Below, piece after piece: positions 48,069 through 58,033 of a DNA stretch of 64,000 nt. A program made the translations under genes and the position numbers. Positions within the stretch are counted from its first letter, which is position 1, and every line of letters starts with the position of its first letter. A model generated the notes under the pieces. It was not told the origin of the DNA. It did not search any database and saw only the letters and a list, made by a program, of their open reading frames with translations. The stretch is taken from IMG/VR virus record IMGVR_UViG_3300021400_004213, one strand, 5' to 3'. Source of the stretch: an uncultured virus (IMG/VR IMGVR_UViG_3300021400_004213). Taxonomy: Duplodnaviria > Heunggongvirae > Uroviricota > Caudoviricetes.

Positions 48069-48569
48069 ATGGGCAGAGGATACATCTACGAAGCATCCGA
48101 TAACATCGACTTTATCGGCGGAATGGGCGAAGAAGACTTCTATGAAGATCTATCAGCCCTCTCCGTGGATTACGTTGCTAACATGGACCCAGAAGACCAA
48201 AAGACCTTACGGAAATCGTTTGCTGAACAGCTCAAAAGCCATGGTGCTACTGTGAAACTCATCACAGTTGACCCGCCAGCCGAGTTCCCCGAAGGCGTAC
48301 TCGCCGTGTCGAATCTCAACGACACATTCAAAAAGAACTACTTCTGCGATCGATACAAGGAAATGAAGAAGCTGGCAGAGTCAATCACATTGTCTCAGTT
48401 TGCCATCGATTCTTCTGACCTCACGCTCTACAAGCTGAAGAAGTCCATCTCAGATGACTACGACGATGTCGTATATCTGAACGGTTCGTACTACAACCTC
48501 GACTATTTCATCCGAAATGCCGATGGCAAGAAAACCTATTATCTTGGCAATGTAGTACGCATGCACTAA
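48069..48569 (+). CDS. hypothetical protein
   Basis: AAGGAG RBS. Confidence 0.65.
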   Translation: MGRGYIYEASDNIDFIGGMGEEDFYEDLSALSVDYVANMDPEDQKTLRKSFAEQLKSHGATVKLITVDPPAEFPEGVLAVSNLNDTFKKNYFCDRYKEMKKLAESITLSQFAIDSSDLTLYKLKKSISDDYDDVVYLNGSYYNLDYFIRNADGKKTYYLGNVVRMH

Positions 48570-48588
48570 CTGCAAGAAAGGAGTCACT

Positions 48589-49149
48589 ATGGGTTATACA
48601 ACCGACTTTTACGGAACAGTCACATTCAATAAGCCTGTTACCGACGAAATGAAGACTTTCATCAACAACTTCAGTCACAACCGTCACATGACACGTGACC
48701 CCGAACTCATCAAGCAGATGGATCCCGATTGGGAAAAACATTGCTTCAAGGGCAATCTCGGACCCAATGGAATCTACTACTATCCACCCGACAAAATTCC
48801 TGAAGATAAGATCTCCAGAAAAATGTCATGGGAAAAACCCGATGAAAACAAGATGATCAACAACATGTTTGGACAGTTGGTTGACATCTCCGTCACAGCC
48901 GATAGCCCCGCCAAAGACGTTCCTGGATATTGGTGTCAATGGATCATCAACGACAATAATGAACTCGAATGGGACGGCGGCGAAAAATTCTACGCCTACG
49001 ACCGTTGGATGGAATTCCTCATCAAACATTTCTTCGCACCCGAAGGCTACATTCTTAATGGAGCCATCGACTTTCAGGGCGAAGATCGTGACGACAGAGG
49101 AACCATGTATGTCACAAACAATGTAGTCCATATGGAATACGACGATTGA
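48589..49149 (+). CDS. phage-like hypothetical protein
   Basis: MGYTTDF N-terminus, PGYWCQW, WDGGEKFY. Confidence 0.7.
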   Translation: MGYTTDFYGTVTFNKPVTDEMKTFINNFSHNRHMTRDPELIKQMDPDWEKHCFKGNLGPNGIYYYPPDKIPEDKISRKMSWEKPDENKMINNMFGQLVDISVTADSPAKDVPGYWCQWIINDNNELEWDGGEKFYAYDRWMEFLIKHFFAPEGYILNGAIDFQGEDRDDRGTMYVTNNVVHMEYDD

Positions 49150-49171
49150 TGAAAAGCGAGGGTGTTGTATT

Positions 49172-50905
49172 ATGAAACTTCTACCACACAATAAAACTAC
49201 ACTTGCCGAAATAGAAACATTCGACAAACATAACATGAATTGCTGTGTGGTAAATCCATGCGGATCGGGTAAAACTTCCGTAATGGCAGCTTTTATTCAA
49301 CAGCACCCTCGCAATTCATTTACTATCATTACAAAACAAAAAAATGCAAAGAAATACTATCAAGAAAAAGATAAAGTATTTCAAAAAAATAATGTAAATA
49401 TTGTAACGTATAATAAAATGCTTTCCGACTATCGCAAAAAAAATACGGCACAATATAACACAACCTATTTTCTCATTGATGAAGCCCATTACCTTGGTGC
49501 ACCACAATGGAAAATTGCATTTGAATTCTTACAAAACGAATATAAACCCAGAATCATTGGGTTTACAGCAACACCGCAACGATTTGAAGATCAATTTACG
49601 AAGAATGATATCGTAAAAACATTCTTTGATGACAATCGTGCTGGAAATTACACCACAACCGACTTAGAAGCCGAAGGTGTCTTCGTCAAACCAGAATATA
49701 TATTATCCATATACGATTTTCCAACCCTCATGAATAACATGGTTGTAAAAATAAAAACATCTGACTTAGACGAAGATCAAAAACAAAAATTATACACTCG
49801 ATTAGACACAGCTGGAACAAAATGGCGTAACGAATCTATGCCACAAATAGTATTTCAGCATTACATTCCAAAATATCTTTACAAAAAGAACAACAATCGA
49901 ATTCTTGTTTACGTTTCTAATATCAAAGATTTAGATTCAAAGAAAACTTTCATCGATTTATTATTTAAAACACTATTTCCTAAAAAGCATATTGTTTCAT
50001 ATGTATACACATATAAAAATTCAGAAACAGAACTTCAAAAGTTCTTATCCGACGATGAAAGCACAGACATAAAAATACTCTATTCGATTGATAAAATCAT
50101 GGAAACCATTCACATAGATGATCTACGAATCCTCGTTATGCTCAGACCATCCGTGTCTAATCGAATCATCACGCAACAATTTGGTCGAATCAATAGTATC
50201 ACAAATAAAAAGAAGCCATTAATCATTGACATGGTTGATAACTTATCCGTAATCGATACAAATGGAAATCCAAAACGGGATTACACAAAAACTGCCTTCG
50301 ACACGGAATTACCAACAACCAATCAAAATGTTGGCATATCATTGCCTCATATTGCATACTACGCTGACTTATTTGCTACCATTGACAAGACCATATCCCA
50401 AATCCAACGATACACCTATCGCGGATATACAGGAACACTCACCAATATCTGTAAAATATTTGATATTGATATCAACCAACTCAAAGAGTTGCTAAAAACA
50501 ACAATCGATGTTGAAACAGCATTGGATCAATCTCAAACAAAAAAATACAGATTGACACAAGCAATATTCGACATGTCACCGACAGAACGTCATTTTGAAC
50601 TCACATCTGAAGAACAAGATATGGCTCAAAAGAACCTTAATATTGTTGACACATTCATTCAAAACAACAACATAGACGATGATGATTTAAAACAAGAATT
50701 ATATATGGAATACCTTTATGCAATTCATAAAAATAAATCATCAGATACGCCACTAACAATTCGTATTGCAAACGCCTTACGAAACGAATACATTTACTAT
50801 TGTCGCAATAAATTGAGACATGACGAATTGTACACTGAATTACCGCTTGATTGTATTGACGACGAGCCCTCACATGGACCCATACTTCTATGCCATGCAC
50901 AATGA
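49172..50905 (+). CDS. SF2 (DEAH) helicase-like protein with sigma region-2-like C-terminus
   Basis: PCGSGKT, IDEAH, FTATP.R, QQFGR; AT-rich. Confidence 0.75.
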   Translation: MKLLPHNKTTLAEIETFDKHNMNCCVVNPCGSGKTSVMAAFIQQHPRNSFTIITKQKNAKKYYQEKDKVFQKNNVNIVTYNKMLSDYRKKNTAQYNTTYFLIDEAHYLGAPQWKIAFEFLQNEYKPRIIGFTATPQRFEDQFTKNDIVKTFFDDNRAGNYTTTDLEAEGVFVKPEYILSIYDFPTLMNNMVVKIKTSDLDEDQKQKLYTRLDTAGTKWRNESMPQIVFQHYIPKYLYKKNNNRILVYVSNIKDLDSKKTFIDLLFKTLFPKKHIVSYVYTYKNSETELQKFLSDDESTDIKILYSIDKIMETIHIDDLRILVMLRPSVSNRIITQQFGRINSITNKKKPLIIDMVDNLSVIDTNGNPKRDYTKTAFDTELPTTNQNVGISLPHIAYYADLFATIDKTISQIQRYTYRGYTGTLTNICKIFDIDINQLKELLKTTIDVETALDQSQTKKYRLTQAIFDMSPTERHFELTSEEQDMAQKNLNIVDTFIQNNNIDDDDLKQELYMEYLYAIHKNKSSDTPLTIRIANALRNEYIYYCRNKLRHDELYTELPLDCIDDEPSHGPILLCHAQ

Positions 50906-51137
50906 AGTTCACGATAAAATTGAACAACTCTTTGGCATACTTATGCCAAGACAAGCAGGAATTATCAAATTTCGCTATGGATTCATTGATGGCCACGAGC
51001 ATACACTCGAAGAAGCAGGACTTATGTACGATCTCACAAGAGAACGTGTCAGACAAATCGAAGCAAAAGGTCTCAGAATCCTTAGAAATCCATGGAGAAG
51101 CAAATTTCTCAAAGATTATCTAAACGATTATGCATAG
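50874..51137 (+). CDS. sigma70 region-4 domain, possibly the frameshifted end of the preceding gene
   Basis: LMPRQ..IIKFRYG...HTLEEAG....LTRERVRQIEAKGLRILR. Confidence 0.75.
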   Translation: MDPYFYAMHNEVHDKIEQLFGILMPRQAGIIKFRYGFIDGHEHTLEEAGLMYDLTRERVRQIEAKGLRILRNPWRSKFLKDYLNDYA

Positions 51138-51149
51138 GAGAAAAAAATC

Positions 51150-51884
51150 ATGACAAAACTCCATTTTGACAATCTCGTAGTTGAGGTCACCCGCAAATGC
51201 AACATGCACTGTGCACATTGCATGCGAGGTGAAGCTGAAAATAGAGATCTCAATCTCGATAGATTTGCGTCATTCCTAAAGGATGTCGCATCTATCAATT
51301 CCATCACATTCACGGGTGGTGAACCCACTCTGAATGTTGATGCCATCAATTTCGTTTTGCACATGTGCAAAGCCCTCGAAATACCAGTCTACGAGTTCTA
51401 CATCGTCACCAATGGCAAGGAAATCACATCAAAATTCCTTAACGCCATGATTGACTGGTATGTCTACTGCATCGAATGTGGCGGTGAACCTGAGATGTGC
51501 GGCGTAGCCTTATCTCAAGACCAGTTCCACGATCAAATCGACCCAGAAAATGTCGCTAAACTTCGTGCGCTCTCCTTCTATCGTCCCGATGACAAAAAGA
51601 CACGTAGTTGGAAAAACGGAGGTCTTATCGACCTCGGTAGAGCCAGAGGTCTTGTAAGCGACCCCAAACGTGATCCCATGCGTTATCCGCCTGAAGTGGA
51701 TTTGCATGATGATAATATCTACACCACTGATTCCACCATCACCTTCACGGTAGATGGCGAACTCCTCTTCGATTGCGACTACGAGTACGAATCGACAGAT
51801 GACATCAAAGCCTGCGATTGGAACAACGCAGTCGAAATGTTCACTCGCATGGCAACCGACCCCAATTACACATTTCCTGTGTAA
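51150..51884 (+). CDS. radical SAM protein
   Basis: EVTRKCNMHCAHC, TGGEP, VTNG. Confidence 0.88.
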   Translation: MTKLHFDNLVVEVTRKCNMHCAHCMRGEAENRDLNLDRFASFLKDVASINSITFTGGEPTLNVDAINFVLHMCKALEIPVYEFYIVTNGKEITSKFLNAMIDWYVYCIECGGEPEMCGVALSQDQFHDQIDPENVAKLRALSFYRPDDKKTRSWKNGGLIDLGRARGLVSDPKRDPMRYPPEVDLHDDNIYTTDSTITFTVDGELLFDCDYEYESTDDIKACDWNNAVEMFTRMATDPNYTFPV

Positions 51885-51909
51885 AATCTCAAGAAAGGAC
51901 AAAGAACCT

Positions 51910-52116
51910 ATGGAATTCGAATTCGAACTTTTCATCTCTGATCAGACAGGAGAAAAGATGGTCTTTATCTCTGCTGGTGACGGTGCATCAGGCGCAGAAT
52001 ATCCATATGAGACTGCCGAAGATATCGGCAAAGCCATCACAACATATCTTTCCAACTACTATTCAGAAGCGGTAAAAACCGCTGGATGGGACATGACTGA
52101 ACCCGAGGAGGTGTGA
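51910..52116 (+). CDS. small hypothetical protein
   Basis: GAAAGGA RBS before ATG 51910. Confidence 0.6.
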   Translation: MEFEFELFISDQTGEKMVFISAGDGASGAEYPYETAEDIGKAITTYLSNYYSEAVKTAGWDMTEPEEV

Positions 52117-52118
52117 TT

Positions 52119-52868
52119 ATGCCTATCAACGCCTTTGAAAATACACAAATCAGGAATAGCATTACATACAAAAAGCCAATGCTTAGCAGCTTAAAACGCA
52201 ATTCCTTATGGTACGGAGGAGACGTTGCATCCTTTGAATACAAAGGAAACACCTACACCTTATGTGCCAATGGTGACGTTGTTGCAACGCTCATCATTCA
52301 TAACGATCATGAATCCAGTTCCATCCCTGTACAAGACAGATCCAATCTTGACATTTTTAATGAAATCATGTCAAGATATATTGATACGGACGAAACCCTT
52401 CATAAACTTATGATGGGCTTCAACGTCAATGGTATGGAACTCTCATTACAGAACAATAACTGGTGGGAAGTCTTTGTCGTTGACCAGAAAGGCAATACAA
52501 ACACATTCTGTTGCGATAGTGAAAACTACGACGAAGCACTTTCCGAAATGATTGAAAGTGTCACATGGGCAAGCCCCGTACCACAACTTGACGATGAACA
52601 CATCGTCTACGTCTATCATGAAACAAACGATGACGCACCCTTCGGTGAAATGCTCACCGTTGTTTTCAAGAACCAAAAAGACGCTCGTAACTACTTGCGT
52701 CAACGTGTGGAATCCTACTTCCACAAACCTTGGGCACAATGCAGAGAACTCGTCGTTCCATCAGACGAACCAGAACCTGACAACACGTTCACTACAGACT
52801 ATGTCTGTTATGGACCGACTCATGACGGTTACTGCTTTTGGTCCATCGAAAATCACACCATTCACTAA
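52119..52868 (+). CDS. hypothetical protein
   Basis: GAGGAGGTG RBS. Confidence 0.65.
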   Translation: MPINAFENTQIRNSITYKKPMLSSLKRNSLWYGGDVASFEYKGNTYTLCANGDVVATLIIHNDHESSSIPVQDRSNLDIFNEIMSRYIDTDETLHKLMMGFNVNGMELSLQNNNWWEVFVVDQKGNTNTFCCDSENYDEALSEMIESVTWASPVPQLDDEHIVYVYHETNDDAPFGEMLTVVFKNQKDARNYLRQRVESYFHKPWAQCRELVVPSDEPEPDNTFTTDYVCYGPTHDGYCFWSIENHTIH

Positions 52869-52874
52869 GAAAGG

Positions 52875-53564
52875 ATGAAAGAATATATGGGAACTGTTAT
52901 TATCATGCCCGAAACGGTCAAAGACCCAATTTCACTCATCGGTCGCTGTGCTGGCGTATGCTGGGGTGGTGACATCACCGACCCCAAGAAGAATCTCAAT
53001 CGAGGATTGAGCTGCATTCGTTCCAATCACGGACGCACACTGGAATATCCTGATATCTATGCTATCTTGGATGGCTATTCAGCTCGTGTCATTCGTGAGT
53101 GGTACACACACATCGGTGGTGCTCCGACCCGTCTTCAGGCATCCACTCGCTACATCAACTATGAAAAGCTCGACATGTTCATCCCCGATTCTATCCATAA
53201 CAACGCTACAGCATGGGATGCTTTCATTGATGCCAAAAAGGCAATTCAGAAAGCCTACGGAATCATGCTCGAAGCGGGTATTCCAAAGGAAGACGCCGCT
53301 AACATTCTGCCACTCGGTATGACTACACGAATTGTGGACAAGAGAAATGTTCGTAACGTCATGGATATGTCCCGTCAGCGTATGTGTTCTCGTGCATATC
53401 ACGAATACAGACAGATGTTTAACGACTATCTGAAAGCTCTGTCTGATTACTCAGACGAATGGGCTGACTTCGTTGAACTCGTCATGATGCCGAAGTGCGA
53501 AGCGCTCGGCTATTGCCCTGAGGAACATTCTTGTGGCCGCATGCCCAAGAAAGACGAAAAGTAA
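52875..53564 (+). CDS. thyX: flavin-dependent thymidylate synthase
   Basis: H.RTLE, QASTRY, GIPKEDA..ILP, NVR, RMCSRA..E. Confidence 0.85.
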   Translation: MKEYMGTVIIMPETVKDPISLIGRCAGVCWGGDITDPKKNLNRGLSCIRSNHGRTLEYPDIYAILDGYSARVIREWYTHIGGAPTRLQASTRYINYEKLDMFIPDSIHNNATAWDAFIDAKKAIQKAYGIMLEAGIPKEDAANILPLGMTTRIVDKRNVRNVMDMSRQRMCSRAYHEYRQMFNDYLKALSDYSDEWADFVELVMMPKCEALGYCPEEHSCGRMPKKDEK

Positions 53565-53596
53565 TATCTCGGTAAAACCGAAGAAAGGAACATCAG

Positions 53597-54043
53597 ATGT
53601 CGTACAATATCATCGGATACGGAATTGACATTAGCAAACTGCATCTCAAAGAGAATGCAGCATTCCTCCTCTTACAGGACCACATGCCTGAAATGATCGG
53701 TGAACACTACAATGATATCTGTTCCACCGAAAATGGCGAAGTTATGAGCCTCACACCTGCTACGGCACAGATGTTTGCGGACGATTACGAAAACGAAACA
53801 TATTGCTATCATGGCATTTATGGACTGCTCACTGATATTATCAACGAAGAACGCAATCTGACAGTCTATACCTTCAGCTTTGAAGACAATTGCATCTACG
53901 TGCCATCGCACGTTCCTGCAAACAACAAAGACAAAGCCGAAATGCTCACGCAGGAAGATATTCGCAGACTGCTCACAGCATACATCAGTATCATCACAGA
54001 TGATCCGCTCCACTTTGCCTTCCTTGACATTAACATTCCGTAA
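53597..54043 (+). CDS. hypothetical protein
   Basis: GAAAGGA RBS. Confidence 0.65.
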   Translation: MSYNIIGYGIDISKLHLKENAAFLLLQDHMPEMIGEHYNDICSTENGEVMSLTPATAQMFADDYENETYCYHGIYGLLTDIINEERNLTVYTFSFEDNCIYVPSHVPANNKDKAEMLTQEDIRRLLTAYISIITDDPLHFAFLDINIP

Positions 54044-54067
54044 TTCACCACCAAAAGGAGAACCATC

Positions 54068-54397
54068 ATGCGATATAAGCTTACTCTTGTTCCTGATGAT
54101 ACGAACGAACCTGAGTCCGTTCTCGACATCAGCTCAGCGGGAGAACCAACGATTGCTATCGAGTGTGCCGCAGGCACTCTGCACGCAGATGTTGAGTCAA
54201 GACGCAACACTAATCACAACTCGATTTACATCCGTTTCACACCAAAAGGGGCAACGGATAGTATCGACATTGCAGCCTTAAAGGACAGCGATGATAACGA
54301 TACTGTAAATCTCCTCGTATGGGGTGACATCACGTCAGAAGATCCTGATTTAATCATCCCATTTAGTGCAGACGAAGTATCACAGGTTCTCGCCTAA
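54068..54397 (+). CDS. hypothetical protein
   Basis: AAGGAG RBS. Confidence 0.65.
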   Translation: MRYKLTLVPDDTNEPESVLDISSAGEPTIAIECAAGTLHADVESRRNTNHNSIYIRFTPKGATDSIDIAALKDSDDNDTVNLLVWGDITSEDPDLIIPFSADEVSQVLA

Positions 54398-54401
54398 ATA
54401 C

Positions 54402-54448
54402 AAAAATATCCCACCCTTGTCATAACGACTTGGGTGGGATTTCTTTTT
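54402..54448. terminator. bidirectional terminator
   Basis: ATCCCACCC...GGGTGGGAT followed by a T-tract, between convergent operons. Confidence 0.8.
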
Positions 54449-54454
54449 CTCATA

Positions 54455-55114
54455 TCAATTTGTCAAGACATAACACTGAATATTCGATACAACACCTTGA
54501 TCATCTACATCATAAGTGGCAATCAACTGACCTGAAGAAGTTCCCTTACCACCATAACCAGAAGATACGATATTAATCTGTGCAAAATACGAATAAACCG
54601 TTCCTTTCACATCCATCACAAACGTCTGTAAGTCTGTAAACTGCATGTTGCGTCCATCATCCAACGGATTGCTAACAATCTCGCCAGAAGCATCTCGAAC
54701 CACAACACGATCTACTGCTGGAAAGAACTCTCGTAAAAATTGAGAGTTTTCATCTAAGAAATCATACTTGTTCACAAGATGATTTCTCTGCGATTCATAC
54801 GTTTGAGAACTGCTCCATGTCGTAGCATACTTAAATATATCAGCCGCTATCCCATCATCAACAGTCTTACGCCCAATCTCGTAACCAGCAGGAACAACAT
54901 CCTTATCGACCCTGTTTGTAATATCTTTCTGAGTATCACTATTTGATTCCGATGAAACACTCAATTCATTGATCTCGGCATCCAATTTACCAAGTTCTCT
55001 CGTCCACTGTTGATTCGCAATAGACGTACCAACAAAGAGACCAATGGCCACCAAGACCAACGCAAGCGGAATGCCGAAATTAGACCAAAAAGCACTTGCA
55101 AAAAACTTCTTCAT
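54455..55114 (-). CDS. bitopic membrane protein (possible conjugation-channel accessory)
   Basis: N-terminal TM helix, coiled coil and extracellular domain; in an operon with a PG hydrolase. Confidence 0.6.
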   Translation of the reverse strand: MKKFFASAFWSNFGIPLALVLVAIGLFVGTSIANQQWTRELGKLDAEINELSVSSESNSDTQKDITNRVDKDVVPAGYEIGRKTVDDGIAADIFKYATTWSSSQTYESQRNHLVNKYDFLDENSQFLREFFPAVDRVVVRDASGEIVSNPLDDGRNMQFTDLQTFVMDVKGTVYSYFAQINIVSSGYGGKGTSSGQLIATYDVDDQGVVSNIQCYVLTN

Positions 55115-55881
55115 CAGTCGCTACCTCCTGAATCTTCTGTAGAATCTTTCGAAGAACCAAGTCCCGAAATACCAATCAATTCTTTCACACTATCAACAAA
55201 CTCATCGACTTCGCGATCATCGTCGTTGATATCATCGTTTCCCGTAAATGCAACAGCATTACTACCATACGCAGTCCAATGCAAAGATGCGTACTTAAAC
55301 GAATTTGTCGCTTCGGAATAATATGCCGAAACATATACTAAAATATGATTCACATCATCCGTCAACAACCAAACAACAGGCACATAATCGCTATTCATCT
55401 GCGACGCAACATAGGCTGTCCACTTTACATTACCAACCTTTTCATCAGGCATAAACCATGACTCTCTAAACGCAGAATCCTCAGGAAAATACGGCGCCAA
55501 GCCATCTTCTCTAAGAGAAATGATAGCAGCTTTCGCATCTTCATCCTCATCGAACTCAGAAATACCAATCTTCGATATAAGCTCAGGGTATTTCATCTGC
55601 ATTTCTGTCACCGCATCCGCCGCAGACTTTGCTCGAACAAATACAGCTTTCGTATCATCATCCACCACAGATGATGATGTACCATCATTTGACGAAGTCT
55701 GTGGTTGCTGATTTACAGAATCCATAGTCTGCGATTGACTCTGTTGTGCCAGCCGAAGAGTTTCCATCTTAGCATCACGTGCACGAACATACGCTGATTG
55801 AGATTGCATAAAATACACAGCACCTACAATCAATATCATTGCACTTATGCCAAGAACCACATATTTAATCGTTTTACTCAT
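55114..55881 (-). CDS. bitopic membrane protein
   Basis: GGAGGAG RBS before MSKTIK; TM helix and Ser/Gln linker. Confidence 0.65.
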   Translation of the reverse strand: MSKTIKYVVLGISAMILIVGAVYFMQSQSAYVRARDAKMETLRLAQQSQSQTMDSVNQQPQTSSNDGTSSSVVDDDTKAVFVRAKSAADAVTEMQMKYPELISKIGISEFDEDEDAKAAIISLREDGLAPYFPEDSAFRESWFMPDEKVGNVKWTAYVASQMNSDYVPVVWLLTDDVNHILVYVSAYYSEATNSFKYASLHWTAYGSNAVAFTGNDDINDDDREVDEFVDSVKELIGISGLGSSKDSTEDSGGSD

Positions 55882-55898
55882 AAGTCTCTCCTCCTGCA

Positions 55899-57743
55899 TC
55901 AACTATCACCGCTGGCATTGCCAATATATGCATTTTTCTTAATGCCATTATAACTACCAATATAACGATATACTTTGTATCCTTCGTTATGTCCATAGTT
56001 ACCCATTTCACCAATACCTGGGGAACGCGATTCATATGATGCATGCACCATCTCGCCTGGATTTCCAGGATATTTCTTTTGGACTTCTTCGTTACCGACA
56101 TACATCCAAATATGACCATGCTCACAATGCTTACCACGAGCTTCGCTACGACGTTGTCTCGTTGTTACAAAAATATCACCTGGCTGGAGCGGTTCACTCA
56201 ATGTATCATAAAGACCTAAGTCTTTCCACAATTCTGGATGCGTAGACATATACACATCCTGTGCACTTGTATCACCAACAGGGAAATTATCATCAGCGCC
56301 AGACCACACAACGGCAGTCGCAACACCACGGTCACACGACTGATAAATCCAGTCGCCAGGATACACAGCGTCCTTGACAGCCTTATATAACTCTGTGCCA
56401 TCGTTACCACGACTTTCGTCAATTGTCGGCCATGCATACGCAACAGCCGCCGCTGCAAGTGTCGAATTATCAGCCTGCGGTTCCTTTGGTAAACATTCTT
56501 CCTCTACCGCTTTCTTATGTTTATCTGTCGCCGCAGATACTACAGAACCTGCCATAGTAACCACATCATTTGCAAATCCACTAAATTCTCGTGTAATCGC
56601 TGCAGACTGTGGCGCAAGTGCTGTATACCAATACTGAGCGTATTGTTGTCTCTCAGGAGATTCGTATCTCTCATATTCAGGCGTATTCGATGTTCGTTCA
56701 ACATATCCCAGCCATGCGGCAGCCGCATCACGAACATTCGTCTTTGCCTTTGCATCATTCATGAAAGCCTGAATGTGTGCTTGCCACTCTGCACTACCAA
56801 ATAAATTGGCTAACTGCAGATCCATATCATACCAATGTTTACCAGCATGTCCTCTTGCATACTCAATTAACTCTTTTGCTTCATGCCCTGTCCATTGTAT
56901 CAAACCCAAACCACAAATATAACCCGACGACGGATTACCATATTCAATACAATAACCAGGCATAGATGGATTAGAGAACGTACCAGACTTATACGCATGG
57001 TAAATCGTGTTCAAAACATGAGACTTCATCTGCTCATTCGGAAACTCATTGCCTTCAGGCAACAACGCTGCCTTTTTCGGTCCAATCTGAAATGGTTCAC
57101 TAGAAACACATTCCACCGCGAATGGATCAAAATAACCACTCTCTTGCTGCATGTTACCAAGCATACCAGCACACTGTTCATCGGTCATACCCAATGCTTT
57201 GCCAACAGCCCAAATCTTCTTGGCGTTTTCAAGCATCTGCTCATTCACATCAACTGCAGGGGGTGTCATTCCGCTCAATTTATTCGCTTCATCTACCATA
57301 TCTGCACAAGGATCCCAATAATCCTCCTGCTTAAAAATCATCTGTTGATGCTGATAATTTATAAGACTAATTACACCTGATGAACCACCACCGAGTAACA
57401 AGACAGCTAGAGTGATACTCATAACCTTTTTAGATACATTCATGAATGATGCGGCTTTACCGACACCATCAGACACACCATGAGCAATTGGCTTAATACC
57501 AAACCAACTGTTCTTGACTGCATAGAAAACATTTTTCATTGCACCGCCAGCTGTATTAGCGGCAGAATCTGCAAATTCTTTTGCATTCTTCACAAAATTC
57601 ACATTCTGTTTGGAATATACATTAGTTACATCACGAGATTCACCTTCAGGCTTCACTTCGTTTGGAGAGTTAATTGGAACAACTTTTCTGACAAACGGCT
57701 GCGGAGTATTTCCGCCAGAAGAATCATTTGCTCGCTTCAACAT
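55899..57743 (-). CDS. membrane-anchored bifunctional peptidoglycan hydrolase (lysozyme-like + NlpC/P60-CHAP-like)
   Basis: AGMLGNMQQES, GLGLIQWT, WYDMDLQL; C-terminal SCDRGV, LQPGDI, GHIWMY. Confidence 0.8.
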   Translation of the reverse strand: MLKRANDSSGGNTPQPFVRKVVPINSPNEVKPEGESRDVTNVYSKQNVNFVKNAKEFADSAANTAGGAMKNVFYAVKNSWFGIKPIAHGVSDGVGKAASFMNVSKKVMSITLAVLLLGGGSSGVISLINYQHQQMIFKQEDYWDPCADMVDEANKLSGMTPPAVDVNEQMLENAKKIWAVGKALGMTDEQCAGMLGNMQQESGYFDPFAVECVSSEPFQIGPKKAALLPEGNEFPNEQMKSHVLNTIYHAYKSGTFSNPSMPGYCIEYGNPSSGYICGLGLIQWTGHEAKELIEYARGHAGKHWYDMDLQLANLFGSAEWQAHIQAFMNDAKAKTNVRDAAAAWLGYVERTSNTPEYERYESPERQQYAQYWYTALAPQSAAITREFSGFANDVVTMAGSVVSAATDKHKKAVEEECLPKEPQADNSTLAAAAVAYAWPTIDESRGNDGTELYKAVKDAVYPGDWIYQSCDRGVATAVVWSGADDNFPVGDTSAQDVYMSTHPELWKDLGLYDTLSEPLQPGDIFVTTRQRRSEARGKHCEHGHIWMYVGNEEVQKKYPGNPGEMVHASYESRSPGIGEMGNYGHNEGYKVYRYIGSYNGIKKNAYIGNASGDS

Positions 57744-57784
57744 ACCATTTCTTGTGCCTCCTTGAATCCTCTACAAGTTTTTAT

Positions 57785-57842
57785 AAAAAAATAAAAAGCG
57801 AGTAGTGGAACAATCAAATAACCCTGATGTTCACTACTCGCC
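57785..57842 (-). terminator. long terminator hairpin upstream of the PG-hydrolase operon
   Basis: GCGAGTAGTGAACA...TGTTCCACTACTCGC followed by a U-tract on the minus strand. Confidence 0.7.
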
Positions 57843-58033
57843 TTCATTCACTTTATTTGAGAATACGGAACAATAATGCTCCAAAAATAGGCATTACGTC
57901 CATCGTATAAGTATACGCATTTCCTACGGAAATTAAACAGTATTATATATATCCAACGGACATAACCACGTGAACAATATACTGTTGTAAGAAACAATCA
58001 CCTACCATGCGCATCAATTAATTCTCAAATCTC

